A stretch of DNA of 64,000 nt from positions 7,808,001 to 7,872,000 of the forward strand of contig OY970303.1 in NCBI GenBank assembly GCA_963716255.1, read 5' to 3'. A program made the position numbers and the translations under genes. The stretch comes from an uncultured Gemmatimonadales bacterium. GTDB taxonomy: Bacteria > Gemmatimonadota > Gemmatimonadetes > Longimicrobiales > Longimicrobiaceae. How positions within the stretch are numbered: the first letter of the stretch is position 1; each line of letters starts with the position of its first letter. Positions 54,523 through 64,000 of this stretch are shown here, one piece after another. The notes under the pieces are model-generated. The model did not search any database. It saw nothing but the letters and a program-made list of their open reading frames with translations, and was not told the origin of the DNA.

Positions 54523-57500
54523 ATGGTGAATCCGACGGACCTGTCCGGCACCGAGCCCCCGGCGGTCCAGCTGCCCCCGGAGCCGGGCGCGGCCGTCTTC
54601 GACGCGCCCACCGTCGCCGGGATCGCCGCGCGCGTGGACGGCGCCGCCGCGGAAGCCGCCCCGCACGCGTCCGTCGTCCGCGCCGTGCGCGACCCCCTCC
54701 GCCCGCTCCCGCTCTCGCTCGCGCAACAGCGGATCTGGCTCGCCGAGCAGCTGAATCCGGGGACCCCCCTCCACAACGTCCCCGCCGTCCTCCGCCTCCG
54801 CGGCGCGCTCCACGTGCCCGCCCTGCGGCGCGCACTGCGAGAGATCTTTCGGCGCCACGAAACGCTGCGCACCGCGTTCGCGGAGCACGGCGGCGAGGCG
54901 GTGCAGGTCGTCCTCCTGGCCGCGTGGCCCGGGCTCCCCGTCGCGGACCTCGCTGCGCTCCCCCCCGCCGCGCGCGAGGCGGAGGCGCTGCGGCGCGTCC
55001 ACGCGGAAGTGCTGCGCCCCTTCGACCTGGGGCGCGCGCCGCTCGCGCGCATGCTGCTGGCGCGGCTGGACGCCGGGGAGTGGATCCTCGCCCTGGTCCT
55101 GCACCGCGCCGTCTCGGACGCGTGGAGCGTGCGGGTGCTGTTCCGGGAGGTGGAGGCGCTGTACGCGGCGTTCTCGCGGGGGGAGGCGTCGCCGCTCCCG
55201 GAGCCGGAGGTGCAGTACGCGGACTACGCCCTCTGGCAGCGGGAGCGGCTGACGGGGGAGGTGCTGGACGCGCGGCTCGCCTGGTGGCGGGAGCGCCTGG
55301 AGGGGGCGGCCCTGGTGCTGGCGCTGCCCACCGACCGTCCCCGCCCGGCCGAGCCCGCCCGCGGGGGCGCCGTCGCCTCCCGCGAGATCCCGGCGGAGCG
55401 AGCGGCGGAGCTGCGGGCGCTCGCCCGGCGCGAGGGCGCGACGCCGTTGATGCTGCTCCTCGCCGCCTGGCAGGTGCTGCTGTCGCGCTGGGCGGGGCAG
55501 GACGACGTGGTGGTGGGCATCCCGGTGGCGGGGCGCACCCGCCGCGAGCTGGCGGGGACCATCGGCCCCTTCACCGACACGCTCCCCGTGCGCGCCGACC
55601 TTTCGGGGAACCCGCGCTTCGCGGCGCACCTTGCCCGTGTCCGCGAGGCGGTGCTGGAGGTCCACGCCCACCCGGACCTCCCCCTGGAGCGGCTGGTGGA
55701 GGCCCCGCGGCCGGAGCGCTCGCCGGCGTACACACCGCTCTTCCAGGCGACGTTCTCGCTGGAGGACGCGGCCGGGCTCCTCCCCGCGCTCCCCGGGGTG
55801 GAGGTGGAGGAGGTGGACCCCGCGCCGGAGGTGGCCGGGTTCGACCTGGAGCTGCGGGCGGTGGAGCGGGGCGGCGGAGGGGTGGGGCTGGTCCTCCGCT
55901 ACCGGCCGGAGCTGTTCGACGCCGCCACCGCGGAGCGGATGCTGGACGGGTACGCGCTCCTCCTCGGCGCGCTGCCGGCGGGGATCGGCCTTGCGGTCAT
56001 GGACCTCCCCCTGCTGCGCGACGGGGACCGGCGGCAGCTGGAGGAGTGGGGCGCCGGTCCCGTGCTCGCGGACGCGGACGACGCGACCGTCCACGGCCTG
56101 TTCGCCGCGCAGGCGGCGCGGACGCCCGGGCGGACGGCGCTGGCGTGGCGCGGCGAATCGCTCACCTACGCGGAGCTGGACCGGCGCTCCGCCCGGCTCG
56201 CGCGCCGCCTGCGGGAGCTGGGCGTGGGGCCGGAGACGCGGGTGGGCGTGTCGCTGGAGCGCACGCCCGGGCTGGTGGTGGCGCTGCTGGCGGTGCTCCG
56301 GGCGGGCGGCGCCTACGTGCCGCTGGACCCGGCGTACCCGCGGGAGCGCCTGGGGTGGATGCTGGGGGACGCGCAGGCGCGGCTGGTCCTCACCACGGCC
56401 GCCCTGGCGGGCCGCCTCCCCGACGGCGCGGAGGCGGTGTACGTGGACGCGGCGGGGGACGCGCCCGGGGCGGCGGACGGCGCGGCGCCGGAGAGCGGCG
56501 TGCTCCCGGAGAACCTGTCGCACGTCATCTTCACCTCCGGCTCCACGGGGAGGCCCCGGGGGGTGATGATCCGCCACGCGGCCGCCGCCGTGCTCGTGCG
56601 CTGGCTGCGGGGCGCATTCACGGACGCGGAGCGCTCCGCGGTCCTGTTCTCCACCTCCGTCAGCTTCGACGTGTCGGTCGCGGAGGTGTTCGGCACGCTG
56701 TGCTGGGGCGGCACGCTGGTGCTGGCGGAGAACGCGCTGGAGCTGCAGGCGATGGCCGGGCAGGGGATCGTCTACGCGAGCATGGTCCCCACCGCCGCGG
56801 CCGAGCTGCTGCGCTCCGGGGGGATCCCCGCGAGCGTGCGGACGCTCGCCCTGGGCGGCGAGCCGCTGCCGGACGACCTGGCGCGGGCGCTGTACGCGCT
56901 CGGCACGGTGGAGCGCGTCGTCGACCTGTACGGGCCGACAGAGGACACCACGTACTCCACGTGCGCCGTGGTGCCGCGGGAGGGCCCGGTGACCATCGGG
57001 CGCCCGGTGGCGGACACGCGGGCGCGGGTGCTGGACGGCGAGCTGCGGCCCCTCCCCCCCGGCGTTGCGGGCGAGCTGTACCTCGCGGGCGGCAAGCTGG
57101 CGCGCGGCTACGCCGGCCGGCCGGACCTCACCGCCGAGCGCTTCCTCCCCGACCCTTACGGCGCGCCGGGGGATCGCATGTACCGGGTGATGGACCGGGC
57201 GCGGTGGCGGCCGGACGGCCGGCTGGAGTACCTGGGGCGGGTCGACTTCCAGGTCAAGGTGCGCGGCTTCCGGGTGGAGCCGGGGGAGATCGAGGCGGCG
57301 CTGCGCGGCCACCCCGCCGTGGCCGACGCGGTGGTGGTGGCGCGGGAGGACGCGCCGGGCGGCCGGGGGCTCGTCGCCTACCTGACGGCGGCCCCGGGCA
57401 TCGCCCTCCCCGGCGCCGCGGAGCTGCGCGCGCACCTCGCGCGCGGGCTCCCGGAGCACATGCTGCCCGCCGCCTTCGTCGCGCTGGACTCGCTTCCGCT

Positions 57501-60500
57501 CACTCCCAGCGGCAAGACCGACCGCCGGGCGCTCCCGGCGCCGGGCGGTTCCGCGGCGGCCGCCTACGTCGCGCCGCGCAACGCGGCGGAGGAGGCGCTG
57601 GCGGCGATCTGGGCCGAGGTGCTGGGGACCGGCCGGGTGGGCGTGCACGACGGCTTCTCCGAGATGGGCGGGCACTCCCTGCTCGCCATGCGGCTGGTGT
57701 CGCGCGCGCGGGCCGCGCTCGGCGTCGAGATCCCCCTGCGGGACGTCTTCGAAGCGCAGACCGTGGCCGCCCTGGCGGCGCGGATCGGGGCGGGGAACGT
57801 GGACGCGGGCGCATTGCCGCCGCTGGTCCCCGCGGACCGCGCGGGCCCGCTGCCGCTCTCCTTCGCGCAGCAGCGCCTCTGGTTCCTGCACCGGCTGGAC
57901 CCGGCCGGCGTCGCCTACAACGTCCCGGCCGTGCTGCGGCTGCGCGGGCCGCTGGACGCGCGGGCGCTCCGCCGCGCCCTCGCGGCGCTGGTGGAGCGCC
58001 ACGAGTCGCTGCGCACCGTCTTTCCCGTGGCGGACGGCGAGCCGGCGCAGGCGATCCTCCCGGCGGGCGGCTTCGCCCCGGCCGTGAACGACCTCGCCGG
58101 CCTTCCCGCGGCGGCGCGCGAGGCCGAGGCGCTGCGCCGCGCGGGCGAGGTGGCCGGGCGCCCCTTCGACCTGGAGGCGGGGCCGCTCTTCCGGGCGGCG
58201 CTGCTGCGGCTGGACGCCGGGGACCACGTGCTCGTCCTGGCGATGCACCACGTGGTCACGGACGGCTGGAGCATGGGCGTGCTCTTCCGCGACCTGGACG
58301 CGCTGTACGGCGCGTTCTCCCGCGGCGCGCCGTCGCCGCTGGAGCCGCCGGCCCTGCAGTACGCCGACTATGCGGCGTGGCAGCGGGGTTGGCTCGCGGG
58401 CGAGACCCTGGAGGCGCAGCTCGCCTACTGGCGGGGGCGGCTGGCGGGGGCTCCGCCGCTGCTGGAGCTGCCCACCGACCGCGCGCGGCCGCAGTCGCCG
58501 CGCGGGGTGCGCGGCGCGCTCCCCCTGGTCCTCCCCGGCGCGCTGGTGGGGGAGCTGCGGGCGCTCGCGCGGGGCGAGGGCGCCACTCTCTTCACCGTGG
58601 TCCTGGCCGGCTTCCATGCACTCCTGTCCCGCTACGCCGGGCAGGACGACGTCCTGGTGGGCACGCCGGTGGCGGGGCGTCGCTGGGCGGAGCTGGAGCC
58701 GCTGGTGGGCTTCTTCGTCAACACGCTGGCCATCCGCGCCGACCTTGCGGCCGGGCCGGACGCGCGCGGCTTCCTGGCGCAGCTCCGCGAGCGGGTGCTG
58801 GAGGCCCAGACGCACCAGGACGTGCCCTTCGAGCGGCTGGTGGACGAGCTGGGGGTGGAGCGCAGCCTGGGCCACTCGCCGCTCTTCCAGGCGATGCTCA
58901 CCCTCGCCACGGCGGCGGAGCGCGCCGAGCCCCGCCTGCCCGGCCTCGCCGTGGAGGAGCTGCCGACGGCGGCGGCGGAGACGCCCTTCGACGTGGGCGT
59001 GCTGCTGGAGGAGCGGGGGGACGTCCTGGCGGGGGAGATGGACTTCCGCGCGGAACTGTTCGAGGCGTCCACCATCGCGCGGATGGCGGAGCACTTCCGG
59101 GCGCTGCTGGAGGGGATCGCCGCGCACCCGGAGCGGCGCATCGCCGAGCTGCCGCTGCTGGCGCCCGGGGAGCGCGCGCGGCTGCTGGAGTGGAGCGCCG
59201 GCCCGGCGGCTCCCCCGCCCGCGCTCCCGGTCCACGAGGCGTTCGCGGAGCAGGCCGCGCGGACCCCCGGCGCCGCCGCCGTGCTGCATGCCGGCGGCGT
59301 GCTGACGTACGCGGAGCTGGACGCGCGCAGCGCCGGGCTCGCCCGGGTGCTGCGCGGGCGCGGGGTGGGGCCGGAGGCGCCGGTGGGCGTGCTCCTGGAG
59401 CACTCCGCGGACGCCGTGGTGGCGCTGCTCGCCGTCCTGCGGGCCGGCGGCTGCTGGCTGACGCTGGACCCCGCATCCCCCGCGGACCGCGTCGCCCGTC
59501 TGCTGCACGACTCGGGCGCGGCCGTGGTGGTCACGCGGCCGCGGTGGGCCGGGCTCCTCGCCGGCTCCGGCGCGTCCGCCGTCGCGGTGGATGCCGCGCC
59601 GGACGCGGAGGACGACGCCCCGCTCCCGCGGGTCCACCCCGAGGGCGCGGCGTACCTGGTTTACACCTCGGGATCCACGGGCCGCCCCAAGGGGGTGGTG
59701 GTGCCGCACGGGGCCGCCGCGGCGCACTTCGCCGCCGCTGCGCGCGCGTACGGGCTCACGGCCGCGGACCGGGGGCTGGTGTTCGCGTCGCTGAGCTTCG
59801 ACGTGGCGCTGGAGCAGCTCCTCCCGCCGCTGCTGGTGGGCGCCTCGGTGCTGCTGCGCGACCCGGACCCCTGGGCGCCCGCCGAGCTGGCGGCGCGCGT
59901 GGAGGCGCACGGCGTCACCGTGGCCGACCTGCCGGCCGCGTACTGGGCGCAGCTGGTGCAGGAGCCCGCGGCGGCGGAGACGGTGAAGCGGCGTCTGCGG
60001 GTGGTGAGCGTCGGCGGCGAGGCGTTCCCGCCGGACACGGCGCGGGCGTGGGCGGGGCTTCCCGGCGGACCGGCGCGGCTGCTGAACGGCTACGGGCCCA
60101 CGGAGGCCGTCGTCACCGCGACGCTGCACGAGCTGCCGGAGCCCGGCGCGGGGGGCGGCGACGTCCGCGTCCCCATCGGCCGGCCGGTGGAGGGGCACAC
60201 GGCATACGTGCTGGACGGCGGCGGGGAGCCGCTCCCCGTGGGCGTCCCCGGCGAGCTGTACCTGGGCGGGGCGCTGGCCCGGGGCTACCTGGGGCAGCCG
60301 GGGACGACTGCCGAGCGCTTCGTCCCGGACGCGTTCGGCGCGGCGGGCGCGCGCATGTACCGCACGGGGGACCGGGCGCGCTGGCTGGCTTCGGGCGCGC
60401 TGGAGTTCCTGGGGCGCATCGACCAGCAGGTCAAGGTGCGCGGCTTCCGCATCGAGCCGGGGGAGGTCGAGGCCGTCCTGCTCGGCCACCCGCGCGTGCG

Positions 60501-63500
60501 GGAAGCCGTGGTGACGGTGCGGGAGGACGCTTCCGGCGAGCGGCGCCTGGTGGCGTACGTGGTCCCCGCCCCGGCCGCCGGCCGCGGCCGTCCCGAGCTG
60601 TGGCCCTCCGTGGGCGAGTACCCGGTCTACGACGACCTCCTCTACCACGCGATGGTGAGCGACGAGCGCCGCAACGCCGCGTACCGGGAAGCCCTGCAGG
60701 GGGTGGTCGCGGGGAGGACGGCGGTGGACGTGGGGACCGGGAGCGAGGTGCTGCTCGCCCGGATGTGCGTGGAGGCCGGCGCGACCCGGGTGTACGCCGT
60801 GGAAGTGCAGGAGGACAGCTTCCGGCGCGCGCGCGAGCGGGTCCGCGAGCTGGGGCTGGAGGACCGGGTCACCGTGCTCCACGGCGACGCCGCCACGCTG
60901 GCATTGCCGGAAGCGGTGGACGTCTGCGTCTCGGAGCTGATCGGCTCGATCGGCGGGTCCGAGGGGTCCGCCGCCATCCTCGACCATGCCCGCCGCTGGC
61001 TGAAGCCCGGCGGAGCGATGGTCCCGCGGCGCTGCGAGACGTGGATCGCCGCGGCCACCCTCCCCGACGAGCTGCACGCCGACCCCGCCTTCGGCGAGCT
61101 GGCCGCCGGGTACGCCGAGCGGGTGATGGATGCGGTCGGCCACCGCGGCGACCTGCGCCTGTGCGTGAAGGGCTTCCCGGCGGACGCCCTCCTATCCGAC
61201 GCCGGCGTATTCGAAGAGCTGGACTTCACCCGGGTCATCGGTCCGCCGCGGGCGAGGACGACGGAGCTGCGGATCGGCCGAGGCGGCCGCCTGGACGGGT
61301 TCCTGCTCTGGATCCGCTTCCACGTCGGGGAGCGCCTGGCGGTGGACTCGCTGGAGCATGAAGTCAGCTGGCTCCCGGTGTTCTTCCCCGTCTTCTACCC
61401 CGGAGTGGAGGTCGCGGCGGGGGAGTCGCTGCGCCTGGAGTGCTCCGCCACGATCTCGGAGGACGGCCTCCACCCCGACTACCACCTCCGCGGCGTGCTC
61501 CGGCGCCTGGACGGCCGGGAGGCGGCGGTCGCCTTCGACTCGCTCCACCGGCGTCCGCCGGCCGCGCCGAACGCCCTGCACCGGCGGCTGGTGTCGGCGG
61601 AGGGAGTGCGGACGCGCCCGGCGGCGGAGGCGCGTCCGCTCGCCTCCGAGCTGCGGGAGCACCTGCGGGCGCGCCTGCCGGAGTACATGGTCCCGGGCGC
61701 TCTGGTGCTGCTGGAGGCGCTGCCGCTGAGTGCGAGCGGCAAGGTGGACCGGCGGGCGCTCCCGGCCCCGGAGCGGGGCGGGGGGGCGGCGTACGCGCCG
61801 CCGCGCACCCCGACGGAAGAGCTGGTGGCGGGGATCTTCGGCGAGGTGCTGGGGGCGGCGCGGATCGGCGCGCGCGACAACTTCTTCGAGCTGGGCGGCC
61901 ACTCGCTGCTCGCCACCCGCGTGGTGGCCCGGCTGCGCGCGGCGCTGGGGGTGGAGATGCCGCTGCGCGCGCTCTTCGAGGCGCAGACCGTGGCCGCCCT
62001 GGCGGCCCGCGTGGAGGCGGAGCGCGCCGGGGACGCGCGCGAGGCTCCGCCCCCGCTGGTCCGCGCGGAGCGGGGCGGGCCGGCCCCGCTCTCCTTCGCG
62101 CAGGAGCGGCTCTGGTTCCTGCACGCGATGGAGCCGGACGAGGTGGGCTACAACATGGCCGGCCCCCTGCGGCTCCGCGGCCGGCTGGACGCGGCCGTGC
62201 TGGCGCGGGCACTGGCCGCGCTGGTGGAGCGGCACGAGCCGCTGCGCACCACGTTCCGCCCGGTTGCCCGCGGCGCCGTGCAGGTCGTGCACCCCGCGGC
62301 GCCGGCGCGCCTCCCCGTCGCCGACCTGGGGCGGCTGGCGGCGGACGCGCGCGCGCGGGAGGCCGCGCGCCTGGCGCAGGACGACGCGGCGCGCCCCTTC
62401 GACCTGGCGCGCGGCCCGGTCTTCCGCGCGGCGCTCGCGCGCCTGGCGGACGACGAGCACGTGCTGCTGCTGTGCATGCACCACGTGGTGAGCGACGGGT
62501 GGAGCATGGACGTGCTCTTCCGCGACCTGTTCACGCTGTACGGGGCCTTCGCGCGCGGCGCGCCTTCGCCGCTGCCGCCGCTGCCGGTGAGCTACGCGGA
62601 CTTCGCGGCGTGGCAGCGCGGCTGGCTCGCGGGCGACGCGCTCCGGCGCCAGCTGGACTGGTGGCGGGAGCGCCTGCGCGGCGCGTCCCCGGTGCTGGAG
62701 CTCCCCACCGACCGGCCGCGCCCCGCGGTGGTGAGCGGCCGGGGCGACGCGCTCCCCTTCGCCGTCCCGGGGGAGACGGCGCGCCTCCTCCACGCGCTCG
62801 CCCGGCGCGAGGGCGCCACGCTGTACATGGTGGCCCGCGCCGCCGCCGACCTGCTGCTCGCGCGCTGGTCGGGCCAGGAGGACATCGTCGCCGGCTCCCC
62901 CATCGCCAACCGCACGCGGGTGGAGCTGGACGGGCTGGTGGGGATGTTCGTGAACACGCTCGCCCTGCGCACCGACCTGTCCGGCGACCCCACGTTCCCG
63001 GAGCTGCTGGCGCGCGTGCGGGAAACGGCGCTGGGTGCGTACGCGCACCAGGACCTCCCCTTCGAACGGCTGGTGGAGGAGATCGCCCCGGAGCGGAGCC
63101 TGTCGCACACCCCGCTCTTCCAGGTGATGTTCGCGCTCCAGAACACGCAGGGCGCGGCGCCGCCGTCGCTGGAGGAGCTGCGGGTCGAGGAGTTCCCGCT
63201 GGAGACGCGCGCGGCGCTCTTCGACCTGGAGCTGGAGCTGTGGGGCGCGGACGGCGGCCTGGCCGGGGGCGTGCGCTTCCGCACCGACCTGTTCGACGGC
63301 GCCACCATCGAGCGCTTCTCGGCGCAGTACCTCGCGGTGCTCGCCGCGGTCTGCGCCGCGCCGGACGCGCGCCTGTCGGCCATCTCCGTCCTGCCGCCGG
63401 AGGAGGCGAGGCAGCTCCTCGCCTTCGGCGGCGGGACCGCGCCCGCCGGCTCCGCCGATTCCCCGGTGCCCCTTCTCCTCGCGGAGCAGGCGGCGCGCAC

Positions 63501-64000
63501 GCCGGACGCCGCCGCCGTCCGCTGCGGCGACGGGTCGCTCACCCACGCCGAGCTGGACGCGAGCGCGAATCGCCTCGCCCACCGGCTGCGCTCCCGCGGC
63601 GTCGGCGCCGGCACCACGGTGGCCGTCTGCGTGGAGCGGGGGCCGCAGGTGCTCGTCGCGCTGCTGGCGGTGTGGAAGGCGGGCGGCGTCTACCTCCCGC
63701 TGGACCCCACCCACCCGCGGGAGCGCCTGGCCTTTCTGCTGCGCGATTCGGGGGCGGAGCTGGTGGTCACGGAAGCGGCCGTCGCCGCGTCGCTGCCGGA
63801 GTTCGGGGGGGAGATGGTCGTGGTGGAGACCCCTCATCCCCCGGCCCCCTCTCCCACAAGGGGAGAGGGGGAGAACGACGACGACACGCCGGAGGGCGAG
63901 GGTCGGGAAGCCCTCCCCCAGAATCGGGGGAGGGTGGCGAGCCTGAGCGAGCCGGGTGGGGGCCCCCTCGCGGACGCCAGACCGGTATCCCCCGGCGACC
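54523..64000 (+). CDS. Non-ribosomal peptide synthetase, open to window end: C(degenerate)-A-T-C-A[MT]-T-C-A(partial)
   Basis: Frame 1 motifs: PLSLAQQRIW, FTSGSTG, YGPTE, GELY, QVKVRGFR, GGHSLL (57667 and 61894), MHHVVTDGWS, MHHVVSDGWS. Start inferred; missing from the ORF track because no stop occurs in the window. Confidence 0.92.
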   Translation, partial: MVNPTDLSGTEPPAVQLPPEPGAAVFDAPTVAGIAARVDGAAAEAAPHASVVRAVRDPLRPLPLSLAQQRIWLAEQLNPGTPLHNVPAVLRLRGALHVPALRRALREIFRRHETLRTAFAEHGGEAVQVVLLAAWPGLPVADLAALPPAAREAEALRRVHAEVLRPFDLGRAPLARMLLARLDAGEWILALVLHRAVSDAWSVRVLFREVEALYAAFSRGEASPLPEPEVQYADYALWQRERLTGEVLDARLAWWRERLEGAALVLALPTDRPRPAEPARGGAVASREIPAERAAELRALARREGATPLMLLLAAWQVLLSRWAGQDDVVVGIPVAGRTRRELAGTIGPFTDTLPVRADLSGNPRFAAHLARVREAVLEVHAHPDLPLERLVEAPRPERSPAYTPLFQATFSLEDAAGLLPALPGVEVEEVDPAPEVAGFDLELRAVERGGGGVGLVLRYRPELFDAATAERMLDGYALLLGALPAGIGLAVMDLPLLRDGDRRQLEEWGAGPVLADADDATVHGLFAAQAARTPGRTALAWRGESLTYAELDRRSARLARRLRELGVGPETRVGVSLERTPGLVVALLAVLRAGGAYVPLDPAYPRERLGWMLGDAQARLVLTTAALAGRLPDGAEAVYVDAAGDAPGAADGAAPESGVLPENLSHVIFTSGSTGRPRGVMIRHAAAAVLVRWLRGAFTDAERSAVLFSTSVSFDVSVAEVFGTLCWGGTLVLAENALELQAMAGQGIVYASMVPTAAAELLRSGGIPASVRTLALGGEPLPDDLARALYALGTVERVVDLYGPTEDTTYSTCAVVPREGPVTIGRPVADTRARVLDGELRPLPPGVAGELYLAGGKLARGYAGRPDLTAERFLPDPYGAPGDRMYRVMDRARWRPDGRLEYLGRVDFQVKVRGFRVEPGEIEAALRGHPAVADAVVVAREDAPGGRGLVAYLTAAPGIALPGAAELRAHLARGLPEHMLPAAFVALDSLPLTPSGKTDRRALPAPGGSAAAAYVAPRNAAEEALAAIWAEVLGTGRVGVHDGFSEMGGHSLLAMRLVSRARAALGVEIPLRDVFEAQTVAALAARIGAGNVDAGALPPLVPADRAGPLPLSFAQQRLWFLHRLDPAGVAYNVPAVLRLRGPLDARALRRALAALVERHESLRTVFPVADGEPAQAILPAGGFAPAVNDLAGLPAAAREAEALRRAGEVAGRPFDLEAGPLFRAALLRLDAGDHVLVLAMHHVVTDGWSMGVLFRDLDALYGAFSRGAPSPLEPPALQYADYAAWQRGWLAGETLEAQLAYWRGRLAGAPPLLELPTDRARPQSPRGVRGALPLVLPGALVGELRALARGEGATLFTVVLAGFHALLSRYAGQDDVLVGTPVAGRRWAELEPLVGFFVNTLAIRADLAAGPDARGFLAQLRERVLEAQTHQDVPFERLVDELGVERSLGHSPLFQAMLTLATAAERAEPRLPGLAVEELPTAAAETPFDVGVLLEERGDVLAGEMDFRAELFEASTIARMAEHFRALLEGIAAHPERRIAELPLLAPGERARLLEWSAGPAAPPPALPVHEAFAEQAARTPGAAAVLHAGGVLTYAELDARSAGLARVLRGRGVGPEAPVGVLLEHSADAVVALLAVLRAGGCWLTLDPASPADRVARLLHDSGAAVVVTRPRWAGLLAGSGASAVAVDAAPDAEDDAPLPRVHPEGAAYLVYTSGSTGRPKGVVVPHGAAAAHFAAAARAYGLTAADRGLVFASLSFDVALEQLLPPLLVGASVLLRDPDPWAPAELAARVEAHGVTVADLPAAYWAQLVQEPAAAETVKRRLRVVSVGGEAFPPDTARAWAGLPGGPARLLNGYGPTEAVVTATLHELPEPGAGGGDVRVPIGRPVEGHTAYVLDGGGEPLPVGVPGELYLGGALARGYLGQPGTTAERFVPDAFGAAGARMYRTGDRARWLASGALEFLGRIDQQVKVRGFRIEPGEVEAVLLGHPRVREAVVTVREDASGERRLVAYVVPAPAAGRGRPELWPSVGEYPVYDDLLYHAMVSDERRNAAYREALQGVVAGRTAVDVGTGSEVLLARMCVEAGATRVYAVEVQEDSFRRARERVRELGLEDRVTVLHGDAATLALPEAVDVCVSELIGSIGGSEGSAAILDHARRWLKPGGAMVPRRCETWIAAATLPDELHADPAFGELAAGYAERVMDAVGHRGDLRLCVKGFPADALLSDAGVFEELDFTRVIGPPRARTTELRIGRGGRLDGFLLWIRFHVGERLAVDSLEHEVSWLPVFFPVFYPGVEVAAGESLRLECSATISEDGLHPDYHLRGVLRRLDGREAAVAFDSLHRRPPAAPNALHRRLVSAEGVRTRPAAEARPLASELREHLRARLPEYMVPGALVLLEALPLSASGKVDRRALPAPERGGGAAYAPPRTPTEELVAGIFGEVLGAARIGARDNFFELGGHSLLATRVVARLRAALGVEMPLRALFEAQTVAALAARVEAERAGDAREAPPPLVRAERGGPAPLSFAQERLWFLHAMEPDEVGYNMAGPLRLRGRLDAAVLARALAALVERHEPLRTTFRPVARGAVQVVHPAAPARLPVADLGRLAADARAREAARLAQDDAARPFDLARGPVFRAALARLADDEHVLLLCMHHVVSDGWSMDVLFRDLFTLYGAFARGAPSPLPPLPVSYADFAAWQRGWLAGDALRRQLDWWRERLRGASPVLELPTDRPRPAVVSGRGDALPFAVPGETARLLHALARREGATLYMVARAAADLLLARWSGQEDIVAGSPIANRTRVELDGLVGMFVNTLALRTDLSGDPTFPELLARVRETALGAYAHQDLPFERLVEEIAPERSLSHTPLFQVMFALQNTQGAAPPSLEELRVEEFPLETRAALFDLELELWGADGGLAGGVRFRTDLFDGATIERFSAQYLAVLAAVCAAPDARLSAISVLPPEEARQLLAFGGGTAPAGSADSPVPLLLAEQAARTPDAAAVRCGDGSLTHAELDASANRLAHRLRSRGVGAGTTVAVCVERGPQVLVALLAVWKAGGVYLPLDPTHPRERLAFLLRDSGAELVVTEAAVAASLPEFGGEMVVVETPHPPAPSPTRGEGENDDDTPEGEGREALPQNRGRVASLSEPGGGPLADARPVSPGD
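63830..63964 (+). repeat. REP-like family B composite in frame inside the NRPS
   Basis: CCCCTCATCCCCCGGCCCCCTCTCCCACAAGGGAGAGGGGGAGAAC...GCCCTCCCCCAGAATCGGGGGAGGGTGGCGAGCC; matches 10650-10801. Confidence 0.8.

Noticed and set aside
54439..61361. Very long track ORFs 54439-61143(-) and 54456-61361(+)
   Set aside because: Shadow frames of the GC-rich NRPS; all NRPS motifs are in frame 1 from 54523.

Overview
High-GC bacterial chromosomal segment. Gene content and repeat style suggest Gemmatimonadota (Longimicrobium-like); this is inference. Bases 1-45 kb are mostly housekeeping and accessory genes: App1 phosphatase, MFS transporter, acyltransferase, PAS kinase, gltX, lexA, tadA, pyrR-pyrB-pyrC-yhaM, rpsT, M50 protease-scpA-scpB-rluB, an SDR-HEAT-MoxR-DUF58-VWA-VWA-TPR (Bat-like) cluster, an ABC exporter, upp, and mtnA beside a class II aldolase-SDR fusion. 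A tRNA(CAT) at 44992 is followed by a defence block (SF2 helicase, DUF4391-like, type III R-M mod and res). A large NRPS (C*-A-T-C-A[MT]-T-C-A...) starts at about 54523 and runs off the window; it is absent from the ORF track because it has no stop codon here. Most notable: (1) a ~130-nt intergenic element in 7 close copies plus one divergent copy, with compensatory changes in its stems and fixed loops, i.e. a multicopy structured RNA/ssDNA element whose hairpin modules recur in other repeats; (2) an NRPS adenylation domain with a basic-residue-like pocket interrupted by a PRMT-like methyltransferase; (3) mtnA paired with an aldolase-SDR fusion, a possible DHAP-shunt variant; (4) REP-like palindromes read in frame inside proteins.
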